A stretch of DNA of 32,000 nucleotides, taken from an uncultured Clostridia bacterium. Lineage in GTDB: Bacteria; Bacillota; Clostridia; Christensenellales; Aristaeellaceae. Positions within the stretch are counted from its first letter, which is position 1. Each line of letters starts with the position of its first letter. The stretch is from assembly GCA_937907055.1 (NCBI GenBank), contig CALCTW010000044.1, forward strand, positions 2,401 through 34,400, read 5' to 3'. A model generated the notes under the pieces. That model did no database searches and was not told where the DNA came from. It saw only the letters and a program-made list of their open reading frames with translations. The position numbers and the translations under genes are program-made. Shown one piece after another: positions 24,575 through 32,000 of this stretch.

Positions 24575-25699
24575 TCAGATGGTGGTATCCTTCGCGATCA
24601 CGATGGGATACTTTTTCGCGCCGATCAGACGGGTGTTGTCCAGCACGGTCACCTGCTTGTCCAGAATGCAGCCATCCAGCTCTGCCTTGCGCATGATGAT
24701 GGCATCCTGCATGACGATGCAGTTGCGCACCACGGCGCCCTTCTGTACGCGTACGCCGCGGAACAGAATGGAGTTCTCCACCGTGCCCTCGATCACGCAG
24801 CCGTCGGCGATCATGGAATTGGTCACCTTCGCGCCTTCAATGAAGCGGGTGGGCATTTCGTCGCGCAGCTTGGTCAGCACAGCGGTGTTGCCGTAGAACA
24901 GCTGCTTGCGCACGGCGGGGATCAGCATGTCCATGCTGGCCTCGTAGTAGGCGGGGATGCTGTCCAGCCTCCACACCTTGCCGGGGCATTCATAGCTGCC
25001 CATCTTGAGGGAGCCGTCACGCAGACCGTTCAGCAGCAGCTCGCGGGTCAGGTGGTGCATGCCGCGCGCCACAGCGCTGTCCACCAGATTGATCAGCAGC
25101 TCGCGGCGGATGACGAAGGCTTCCATGAAGGTGTTGGGATAGTGGGGGATGCCGGGATTGATCTCCATCTGGAGCACGCGGCCGTTCTCGCCCAGCTCCA
25201 GATAGCGGCCCGCGCCGTTGCGAAGCACGCCGGGATCACGGGTGTAGAGCAGCGTGATATCCATGCCGCTCTCCGCGTGCTGACGCACCATTTCATCAAA
25301 GTTGCAGGTGAACAGCATATGGGTGTCCGTCACCACGGCATAGCGTTCCTTGCTCTTGCGCAGGAAGTGCATATTGCTGCGCAGGGCATCCAGGCAGCCC
25401 GCGTACACGCCCACGTTGTCATGGGTGAGGAAGGGCGGCAGGATGACCAGGCCGCTGCGCTTGCCGTGCAGGTCCCATTCACGTCCGCTGCCCAGGTGAT
25501 CCATCAGGCTCTGGTAATTGCGCTGCACGATGACGCCCACATGGCGCACACCGCTGCTGACCAGGGAGGACAGGGGGAAGTCGATCTGACGGTAACGGCC
25601 GGCCATGGGGACTGCCGCGATCGCGCGCATGGAGGTCAGTTCCTTCAGCATGGTATCGCTTTCACCGGTATAGATAATGCCTACAGTGCTCAAATCCAT
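24575..25699 (-). CDS. glgD: Glucose-1-phosphate adenylyltransferase regulatory-type subunit GlgD
   Basis: 374 aa. It is a GlgC paralog with a degenerate N-terminal G-loop (AVPMAGRYRQIDFPLS) and a left-handed beta-helix C-terminus. Its position between glgC and glgA matches the Firmicutes arrangement. Confidence 0.88.
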   Translation of the reverse strand: MDLSTVGIIYTGESDTMLKELTSMRAIAAVPMAGRYRQIDFPLSSLVSSGVRHVGVIVQRNYQSLMDHLGSGREWDLHGKRSGLVILPPFLTHDNVGVYAGCLDALRSNMHFLRKSKERYAVVTDTHMLFTCNFDEMVRQHAESGMDITLLYTRDPGVLRNGAGRYLELGENGRVLQMEINPGIPHYPNTFMEAFVIRRELLINLVDSAVARGMHHLTRELLLNGLRDGSLKMGSYECPGKVWRLDSIPAYYEASMDMLIPAVRKQLFYGNTAVLTKLRDEMPTRFIEGAKVTNSMIADGCVIEGTVENSILFRGVRVQKGAVVRNCIVMQDAIIMRKAELDGCILDKQVTVLDNTRLIGAKKYPIVIAKDTTI

Positions 25700-25700
25700 C

Positions 25701-26882
25701 TTACTTCGCCTCCTCTGCGTACTGCTCGCCGGGCTTGACCACGGTGCCCTCGGGAACGGTGATGCCGTTGCTCACGACCGCGATGAGGCCCTCTTCGCCG
25801 CCGACGACCGCGCCGCCGCGGACCACGGCGTTCTCCGCGATGATGGCACGGCGCACGACCGCGCCGCTTTCAATGACCGCGCCGGGCATGATCACGCTGT
25901 CGATGACCGTCGCGCCCTTCTTGATGCGCGCGCCGGAGGACAGAATGGAATGCTTCACATTGCCGCATACCTCGCAGCCCTCGGTGATCAGGCAGTTTTC
26001 CACCTGCGCGTCCTCGCTGATGTACTGGGGCGGCATGCCCATGTTACGGGCATAGATGCGGAACTTCTTGTCGTGCAGGTCGATCTGCGGGTTGTCGGAC
26101 AGCAGGTCCATATTGGCTTCCCACAGGCTCTCGATGGTGCCGACATCCTTCCAGTAATCATTGAAGGAATAGGCCACCAGATGCTGCTCCTCGGCCAGCA
26201 TGGCGGGAATGATGTTTTTGCCGAAGTCGTTGCTGCTGTTGGGGTTGGCTTCGTCCTCGGTCAGATACTTGCGCAGCTTTTCCCACGTGAACACATACAC
26301 ACCCATGGAGGCGTTGTTGCTCTTGGGGTTCTTGGGCTTTTCTTCAAATTCGATGATGTTGTCATTCTCATCGGTGTTCATGATGCCGAAGCGGCTCGCT
26401 TCCGCCCACGGCACCTGACGCACGGCGATGGTGGCATCGGCGTTCTTGGCGATATGATGCTGCAGCATGGCGGCATAGTCCATCTTATAAATATGGTCAC
26501 CGCTCAGGATGAGCACATAATCGGGGTTGTACTGCTCAATGAAGCTGATGTTCTGATAGATGGCGTTGGCCGTGCCCTTGTACCATTCGCCGGTCGTGCC
26601 GGTGTGGTAGGGAGGCAGCACGAAAACACCGCCGTTCACAAGGTCCAGATCCCAGGGCGCGCCGCTGGCGATATAGGCGTTCAGCTCCAGCGGACGGTAC
26701 TGGGTGAGCACGCCCACCACATCGATGCCGCTGTTGGTGCAGTTGGAAAGGGGGAAGTCGATAATACGGTATTTGCCGCCAAAGGGAACGGCGGGCTTGG
26801 CGACCTGTCGGGTGAGCACGCCCAGGCGGCTACCCTGACCGCCGGCCAGCAGCATGGCGACGCAGCGCTTTTTACGCAGCAT
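25701..26882 (-). CDS. glgC: Glucose-1-phosphate adenylyltransferase GlgC
   Basis: [29 protein letters not shown], and WYKGTANAI. The start at 26882 ([10 protein letters not shown]) is preferred. The ORF track extends it to 26954. Confidence 0.93.
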   Translation of the reverse strand: MLRKKRCVAMLLAGGQGSRLGVLTRQVAKPAVPFGGKYRIIDFPLSNCTNSGIDVVGVLTQYRPLELNAYIASGAPWDLDLVNGGVFVLPPYHTGTTGEWYKGTANAIYQNISFIEQYNPDYVLILSGDHIYKMDYAAMLQHHIAKNADATIAVRQVPWAEASRFGIMNTDENDNIIEFEEKPKNPKSNNASMGVYVFTWEKLRKYLTEDEANPNSSNDFGKNIIPAMLAEEQHLVAYSFNDYWKDVGTIESLWEANMDLLSDNPQIDLHDKKFRIYARNMGMPPQYISEDAQVENCLITEGCEVCGNVKHSILSSGARIKKGATVIDSVIMPGAVIESGAVVRRAIIAENAVVRGGAVVGGEEGLIAVVSNGITVPEGTVVKPGEQYAEEAK

Positions 26883-27193
26883 AGGGAGATCATCCTTTCT
26901 CATTATATTGATAAGATCATATGCTTGAGTGGATATGAAAGCGAACAAGACCAAGGACTGCCGTGTTTATGCCTGCGGATAGCCCTTGCCCTGTCTCTTT
27001 CATCTCTGTGAGAACATTATAGCATACCCTGTATCATTTTTCTATATCTTTTTTCGAAAAAATGTTAAAAATGGCTATCTTTTTACCAAATTCGGATGTA
27101 TAATGATGATTTGAACGCCTTTTCGGCCTCCGGAGACGGCAAAAAACGGGTTTCGGTTTCGGATCATCCGTCAAACGGTGAACATAATTGATA

Positions 27194-27222
27194 TTGACAA
27201 AAAGAAACGTTCGCTTTATAAT
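27194..27222 (+). promoter_or_regulatory. Consensus SigA promoter of the T-box/leu operon
   Basis: TTGACA (27194-27199), 17 nt spacer, TATAAT (27217-27222). Confidence 0.8.
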
Positions 27223-27228
27223 GATACC

Positions 27229-27512
27229 GCTGTAATGGCGATGATGGGAAGAAAGACATCCGGGATGTGTCAAGAGAGCTGCCGGGCGGTGCAAGGCGGT
27301 CACGGAAGGGTGTTATACTGGTCCCGGAGCTGCTGTGCCGAACGATCCTCCAGTAGGTGCAGCCGGGTTTCCCCCGTGACAGGGAACACGATTCGCGAAA
27401 GCTGATCGTACTGAGCGGCCGCAAGGCAATAAGAGTGGTACCGCGGAACCTGATATCAAAAAGTTCCGTCTCTTAAACTGACGTTTTGTTTCAGTGAGGA
27501 GACGGTTTTTTA
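27229..27512 (+). promoter_or_regulatory. T-box riboswitch leader (tRNA-sensing transcription attenuator), probably Leu-specific
   Basis: GA/K-turn-like GCGAUGA near the 5' end, AG-bay AGAGAG (27273-27278), and GGUGCAA distal-loop-like sequence. The T-box core AGAGUGGUACCGCG lies at 27432-27445. The antiterminator arm GGAAC/GUUCC competes with the terminator CCGTCTC...GAGACGG plus TTTTTT (27466-27511). Tandem CUG CUG at 27330-27335 follows the Stem I helix CCGGGA/UCCCGG. Confidence 0.85.
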
Positions 27513-27632
27513 TTACGGTTTTTCCGCTGGCCGCGGGCGCTTCTTTGAGGGCGTTTTTTCCGTCAGGAATGATATAAAAACAGGCCGCGAAAAACGCGGC
27601 TGTCCCGATTCGGGATCATATGAGGTGATAAC

Positions 27633-28106
27633 ATGGGAAAGATCTTCAAGTTTGAAAAGGACGTGGATACCGATCAGATCATCGCGTCCCAGTATCTGCT
27701 GTTTCCCACCATCGATGAAATGAAGGCGCACACGTTCGAGTCGCTGGATACCGCCTTTGCCTCTCAGGTAAAGCCGGGCGATTTTGTGGTGGCGGATGAA
27801 AATTTCGGCTGCGGCTCCTCGCGTGAGCAGGCCCCCAGCGTGCTGAAGGCGCTGGGTGTCAAGGCCGTTGTGGCCAAGTCCTTCGCGCGCATCTTCTACC
27901 GCAATTCCATCAACATCGGCATGCCGGTCATCGTCAGCAAGGAGCTGCACGATGTCGTTTCCGCGGGCGATGAAATGGAACTGGATCTGGAAAAGGGTCA
28001 GATCACCGCGAACGGAAAGATCTATCCCTGCACCCGTCTTCCCGGCAAAATGCAGGAGATCCTGGATCAGGGCGGTCTGATCGCCAGCTTGAATAAGGAG
28101 GATTGA
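27633..28106 (+). CDS. leuD: Aconitase-family dehydratase small subunit (LeuD-like), paralog 1
   Basis: 157 aa. Motifs [20 protein letters not shown] and ARIFYRNSIN. Confidence 0.88.
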   Translation: MGKIFKFEKDVDTDQIIASQYLLFPTIDEMKAHTFESLDTAFASQVKPGDFVVADENFGCGSSREQAPSVLKALGVKAVVAKSFARIFYRNSINIGMPVIVSKELHDVVSAGDEMELDLEKGQITANGKIYPCTRLPGKMQEILDQGGLIASLNKED

Positions 28107-28110
28107 CATC

Positions 28111-29361
28111 ATGGGCATGACAATGGCTGAAAAGATCATCGCCTGCGCCGCGGGCGTTCCGTCGACCAAAGCCGGTGATATCGAGACCGTCACGCTGGAT
28201 CGTCTCATGAGCAATGACGGCACCACCCACCTGACGATCGATATGTACAATAATAAATTAACCAATCCGCGCATCGCGGATGTTTCCAAGCTGGTCTGGA
28301 TCGTGGATCACAATATCCCGGCGGACAGCCCGAAGACTGCCGCTTCCCAGAAAAAGATGCGTGATTTCGCGCGCGAGCACGGCATCACCTTCTATGAGGG
28401 CGAGGGCGTGTGTCATCAGGTGATGATGGAAAAGCACGTCCGTCCGGGCGAACTGATCTTCGGCGCGGATTCCCACACGTGCGCCTACGGCGCGCTCGGC
28501 GCGTTCGGCACCGGCGTCGGCTGCACGGATTACCTTTACGCCATGGTCACCGGCACCTCCTGGCTGCTGGTCCCGGAGACCTTGCGTTTTAATTTGAAGG
28601 GCCGCCTGCCCGAGGGCGTTTACGCCCGTGATCTGATCCTTACCATCATCGGCCGCATCGGCGCGAACGGCGCTAATTACAAGGCCATGGAGTTCGCGGG
28701 GGAGGGCCTTGCCACCCTCACGATGGCGGATCGTATCTCCATCTGCAACCTGTGCGTGGAGGCCGGCGCGAAGACCGCGCTGATGGAGGTGGATGACACC
28801 GCCATGGCGTATCTGACTGAGCATGGCCGTACGCCCAAGGCTGTTTTCACCTCCGATCCCGATGCCGTGTTCGCCAAAGTCTATGATATCGACCTGTCCG
28901 AGATCCGCCCCATCGTGGCAAAGCCCCACTTTGTGGATAATGTGGTCCCGGCGGAGGAATGCCTCGGCGTTCATATCGATGAAGCCTTCCTCGGCTCCTG
29001 CAATAACGGCCGCATCGAGGATCTGCGTGTCGGCGCCGCGGTCATCAAGGGCAAGAAGGTCGCGCCCAAGGTGCGCTTCCTCGTGGTCCCGGCCAGCCGC
29101 GCGGTCTATAAGCAGGCCATGCTGGAGGGCCTCCTCGATATCTTCATGGAAGCCGGCGCGATCGTCATGAACCCCAACTGCTCCGTGTGCTGGGGCGCCT
29201 GTCAGGGCGTCATCGGCGAGGGCGAAACGCTCATTTCCACCGGCACCCGCAATTTCAAGGGCCGCGCCGGTCACAAGGATTCCTTTGTTTATCTGGCTTC
29301 GGCCGCCACGGTCACCGCTTCCGCGATCGCGGGCGAGATCACCACGGCGGACCGCGTGTAA
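28111..29361 (+). CDS. leuC: Aconitase-family dehydratase large subunit (LeuC-like, short archaeal/clostridial type), paralog 1
   Basis: 416 aa. GADSHTCAYGALGAFGTG, with Fe-S cysteines in GSCNNGR and NCSVCWG. RBS AAGGAGGA. Confidence 0.9.
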   Translation: MGMTMAEKIIACAAGVPSTKAGDIETVTLDRLMSNDGTTHLTIDMYNNKLTNPRIADVSKLVWIVDHNIPADSPKTAASQKKMRDFAREHGITFYEGEGVCHQVMMEKHVRPGELIFGADSHTCAYGALGAFGTGVGCTDYLYAMVTGTSWLLVPETLRFNLKGRLPEGVYARDLILTIIGRIGANGANYKAMEFAGEGLATLTMADRISICNLCVEAGAKTALMEVDDTAMAYLTEHGRTPKAVFTSDPDAVFAKVYDIDLSEIRPIVAKPHFVDNVVPAEECLGVHIDEAFLGSCNNGRIEDLRVGAAVIKGKKVAPKVRFLVVPASRAVYKQAMLEGLLDIFMEAGAIVMNPNCSVCWGACQGVIGEGETLISTGTRNFKGRAGHKDSFVYLASAATVTASAIAGEITTADRV

Positions 29362-29373
29362 CGGAGGGACGAT

Positions 29374-29862
29374 ATGACATTTACAGCAAAGATCTGGGTG
29401 CTGGGGGATGACATCGACACCGATATCATCCTGCCCACCGAATATCTGGCGCTCAAGAGCGTGGAGGATATGAAGCCCTACGCCTTCTCTCCGCTCCGTC
29501 CGGAGCTGGCCGCTCTCATTCAGCCCGGCGATATGATCGTGGCCGGCAAGAATTTCGGCTGCGGCTCCTCGCGTGAGCAGGCCCCCGAGGTGGTCAAGGC
29601 GCTGGGCATCTCCTGCGTGGTGGCCAAGTCCTACGCGCGCATTTTCTTCCGCAACGCCATCAATAACGGCCTTTTGCTCATCGAGAACGCCGATCTTTAC
29701 GATGCCGTCACCGAGGGCGGCACGGCGGAGGTCACTCCGGGCGAAAAGATCGTCTACAACGGCAAGACCTACGAGATCGCTTCCTTGCCGGAGAATCTGA
29801 TGGAGATCCTGAACGCCGGCGGGCTTGTCAAGGCCATGAGAAAACGGAACGGTCTGGGCTGA
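29374..29862 (+). CDS. leuD: Aconitase-family dehydratase small subunit (LeuD-like), paralog 2
   Basis: 162 aa. Motifs [21 protein letters not shown] and [10 protein letters not shown]. Confidence 0.88.
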   Translation: MTFTAKIWVLGDDIDTDIILPTEYLALKSVEDMKPYAFSPLRPELAALIQPGDMIVAGKNFGCGSSREQAPEVVKALGISCVVAKSYARIFFRNAINNGLLLIENADLYDAVTEGGTAEVTPGEKIVYNGKTYEIASLPENLMEILNAGGLVKAMRKRNGLG

Positions 29863-29875
29863 GCAGGAGGACAGA

Positions 29876-31117
29876 ATGGGAAATACAGTTATCGAAAAGA
29901 TCATTGGCAATAAGGTTGGCCATCCTGTGCGCCCCGGTGATATCGTCACCGTGCCGGTGGACTGGTGCATGGTCGATGACATCATGGTGCCGTTCTGCGT
30001 CAAAAAGTTTGAGGAAATGGGCTTCAAAAAGGTCTGGGATCCGGATCGTGTGGTGCTGATCTACGATCACTTCCTGCCGGCCACGCAGACCGATGATTCC
30101 CGTCACTTCCGCGAGGGCGACGCCTTCGCCGAAAAATACGGCATCCGCAATATCCACCGCACGGACGGCATCTGCCATCAATTGATGACCGAGGCCGGTT
30201 ATGTGAAGCCGGGCGATATCTCCTTCGGCACGGACAGCCACACGGTCACCTACGGCTGTGTCGGCGCGTTCGCGACCGGCATCGGTTACACCGAGATGGC
30301 CGGCATTTTGGGCACGGGCGAGTTGTGGATCCGCGTGCCGGAATCCATTCGGGTGGAGATCAACGGCACATTGCCTCAAAATGTCACCTCCAAGGATGTC
30401 ATCCTGCGCGTGATCGGCGATCTGACCGCTTCCGGCGCCACCTACCGCTCTTTGGAATTCTGCGGCAGCACCGTGGATGCCATGAGCGTGGCCGGCCGCA
30501 TGACCATGTCCAACATGGCGGTGGAGGCCGGCGCCAAGTGCGGCGTGTTCGCGCCGGATGAGAAGACCTGCGAATACTGCGGCATTCCCTTCACCGAGAA
30601 GGAAAAGGCGCTGCAGGCGGACGCGGACGCTTCCTACGCGCGGGTGCTGCGCTATCAGGCGGAGGAGCTGGTGCCCGTCGTGGCCTGCCCCTCGCTGGTG
30701 GATAATATCAAACCGGTCTCCGAGGTGGCGGGCACCAGGGTGGATCAGGTGTTCCTGGGCTCCTGCACCAACGGCCGTCTTGAGGATCTGCAGGCGGCCG
30801 CCCAAATCCTGAAGGGCAAGACCATCGCCCCCTATCTCAAGATGATCGTCACCCCGGCCAGCCGCAAGGTCTACCGCGCGGCGCTGCAGGACGGCACACT
30901 GGAGATCCTGGCCGATGCCGGATGCATCATCACCACGCCGGGCTGCGGCCTTTGCTGCGGACGCGGCGGCGGCATCCTGTCGGATCATGAAGTGGTGGTC
31001 GCCACCAATAACCGCAATTTCCTGGGCCGTATGGGCACCAGCAAGGTGCAGATCTATCTGGCCTCCCCGAAGACCGCGGCCATGACCGCGCTCGCGGGCG
31101 TGATCACGCAGGCCTGA
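29876..31117 (+). CDS. leuC: Aconitase-family dehydratase large subunit (LeuC-like), paralog 2
   Basis: 413 aa. GTDSHTVTYGCVGAFATG, with Fe-S cysteines in GSCTNGR and GCGLCCG. Confidence 0.9.
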   Translation: MGNTVIEKIIGNKVGHPVRPGDIVTVPVDWCMVDDIMVPFCVKKFEEMGFKKVWDPDRVVLIYDHFLPATQTDDSRHFREGDAFAEKYGIRNIHRTDGICHQLMTEAGYVKPGDISFGTDSHTVTYGCVGAFATGIGYTEMAGILGTGELWIRVPESIRVEINGTLPQNVTSKDVILRVIGDLTASGATYRSLEFCGSTVDAMSVAGRMTMSNMAVEAGAKCGVFAPDEKTCEYCGIPFTEKEKALQADADASYARVLRYQAEELVPVVACPSLVDNIKPVSEVAGTRVDQVFLGSCTNGRLEDLQAAAQILKGKTIAPYLKMIVTPASRKVYRAALQDGTLEILADAGCIITTPGCGLCCGRGGGILSDHEVVVATNNRNFLGRMGTSKVQIYLASPKTAAMTALAGVITQA

Positions 31118-31170
31118 CGGAAGAATAATATAAATCAGTTCACAGTATACAGAGGAGAGGTACATATCCC

Positions 31171-32000
31171 ATGATGGACGCAAGCAAGTACAAGGTTGGT
31201 TATTTCACCCCGCCGGTCGAGCCCGGCCATGTGTATAAATGGATGCTGAAGGATCACATCGAGGTTCCGCCCACATTCTGCAGCGTGGACCTGCGTGACG
31301 GCAACCAGAGCCTCATCGTGCCCATGAGCCTGGAGGAAAAGCTGGAATTCTTCAAGCTGCTGGTCGAAGTGGGCTTCAAGGAGATCGAGGTCGGTTTCCC
31401 TGCCGCCTCCGAAACGGAATATGAATTCCTGCGCACCCTGATCGACAATCACATGATCCCCGATGATGTGACCGTGCAGGTGCTTACCCAGTGCCGTGAC
31501 CACATCATCCGCAAGACCTTTGAGGCCGTGAAGGGCGCGCCCCGAGCCGTCATCCACTTCTACAATTCCACCTCCAAGGCCCAGCGCGAGCAGGTGTTCA
31601 AGAAGAGCAAGGAAGAGATCAAGCAGATCGCCGTGGACGGCGCGAAGCTGGTCAAGCAGCTTTCCGAGGAATTTGAGGGCGATTTCCTGTTTGAATACAG
31701 CCCCGAATCCTTCACCGGCACCGAGCCGGAGTATGCCGTGGAGGTGTGCAACGCGGTTCTGGATGTGATGCAGCCCACCAAGGAGCGTCCCATGATCCTG
31801 AACCTGCCTGTCACCGTGGAAATGAGCATGCCGCATGTCTATGCCAATCAGATCGAATGGTGCTCCGATCACTTCAAGTATCGTGACGGCGTCATCATCT
31901 CCAGCCATCCCCACAACGACCGCGGCACCGGCGTGGCCTGCGCCGAAATGGCCTGTCTCGCGGGCGCGGACCGCATTGAGTGCTGCCTCTTCGGCAACGG
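31171..32000 (+). CDS. leuA: 2-isopropylmalate synthase, long (LeuA type 2, actinobacterial-like) form. The 3' end lies outside the window.
   Basis: Manual translation gives MMDASKYKV...[51 protein letters not shown]...HFYNSTS...[12 protein letters not shown]...[11 protein letters not shown]...CLFGNG. The frame is open to the window end. RBS AGGAGAGG. Confidence 0.93.
   Translation, partial: MMDASKYKVGYFTPPVEPGHVYKWMLKDHIEVPPTFCSVDLRDGNQSLIVPMSLEEKLEFFKLLVEVGFKEIEVGFPAASETEYEFLRTLIDNHMIPDDVTVQVLTQCRDHIIRKTFEAVKGAPRAVIHFYNSTSKAQREQVFKKSKEEIKQIAVDGAKLVKQLSEEFEGDFLFEYSPESFTGTEPEYAVEVCNAVLDVMQPTKERPMILNLPVTVEMSMPHVYANQIEWCSDHFKYRDGVIISSHPHNDRGTGVACAEMACLAGADRIECCLFGN

Noticed and set aside
22730-25738. 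A 1002-aa ORF on the plus strand spanning glgA, glgD and part of glgC. Similar long antisense ORFs occur at 858-2438(+), 4765-5874(+), 9942-11921(+), 15173-16009(+), 15975-17153(-), 17246-18661(-), 19822-21030(-), 25677-27011(+), 28258-30027(-), 29828-31183(-) and 31135-31914(-).
   Set aside because: These are shadow ORFs. High GC3 codon usage makes TTA/CTA/TCA rare in the real genes, so the antisense frame lacks stops. The products are Arg/Gly/Ala/His-rich low-complexity sequences with no motifs and no RBS. Each fully overlaps a gene with strong family motifs on the other strand.
27097-27104. An extended -10-like TGTATAAT about 95 bp upstream of the T-box promoter, considered as a possible second promoter or small RNA start.
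   Set aside because: There is no -35 element, no downstream structure or terminator before the consensus T-box promoter, and a single 8-mer in AT-rich intergenic DNA is weak evidence.
27801-27836. A 36-nt stretch identical to 29551-29586 (aatttcggctgcggctcctcgcgtgagcaggccccc), considered as a possible repeat element or gene-conversion tract.
   Set aside because: It encodes the invariant [12 protein letters not shown] motif of both LeuD paralogs. With strong shared codon bias, identity here is expected. The flanking sequence diverges quickly and no element boundaries exist.
27513-28289. A 258-aa minus-strand ORF covering the end of the T-box leader and leuD paralog 1.
   Set aside because: It is antisense to a motif-perfect LeuD gene and to the riboswitch terminator, with no independent signals.
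1-32000. A search for mobile elements, prophage, CRISPR, toxin-antitoxin or defence-system genes.
   Set aside because: No transposase, integrase, Cas, nuclease/helicase or small paired ORFs were found. No long inverted or direct repeats are present beyond those listed. All large ORFs are accounted for by metabolic, envelope or housekeeping functions.

Overview
High-GC (about 60%) Firmicutes/Clostridia-like chromosomal segment, densely coding, with about 27 genes in six strand blocks. No CRISPR array, transposase, integrase or phage genes were seen.

Contents, left to right:
(1) A tightly overlapping minus-strand operon (1-6393): membrane alpha/beta hydrolase, adenylation-carrier didomain, two PlsC-type acyltransferases, a second AMP-ligase, a free ACP, and an LRAT/PLAAT-type thiol acyltransferase. 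I read this as an uncharacterised carrier-protein-dependent lipid acylation or remodelling cluster.
(2) A U32-like gene, a low-GC secreted protein and tRNA-Ser(GGA).
(3) A 904-aa membrane-anchored beta-propeller protein, followed by an SGNH / lipoprotein / MBOAT / DHHW envelope O-acylation operon.
(4) A CE1-like esterase, an rph-rdgB fusion plus a ysnB-like phosphoesterase, and a membrane PP2C phosphatase.
(5) htrA and glgC-glgD-glgA. The glgA product carries a 91-aa Lys/Ala/Pro-rich tail.
(6) A T-box-controlled operon with two paralogous LeuD/LeuC-like pairs and long-form leuA.

Most striking observation: two otherwise intact conserved genes (6775-7683 and 18727-19191) each contain exactly one in-frame TAG. 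None of the 25 complete genes in the window terminates with TAG (17 TGA, 8 TAA). This fits amber suppression or reassignment, but two recent nonsense mutations or assembly errors remain possible. All calls come from motif recognition by eye; no database searches were run.
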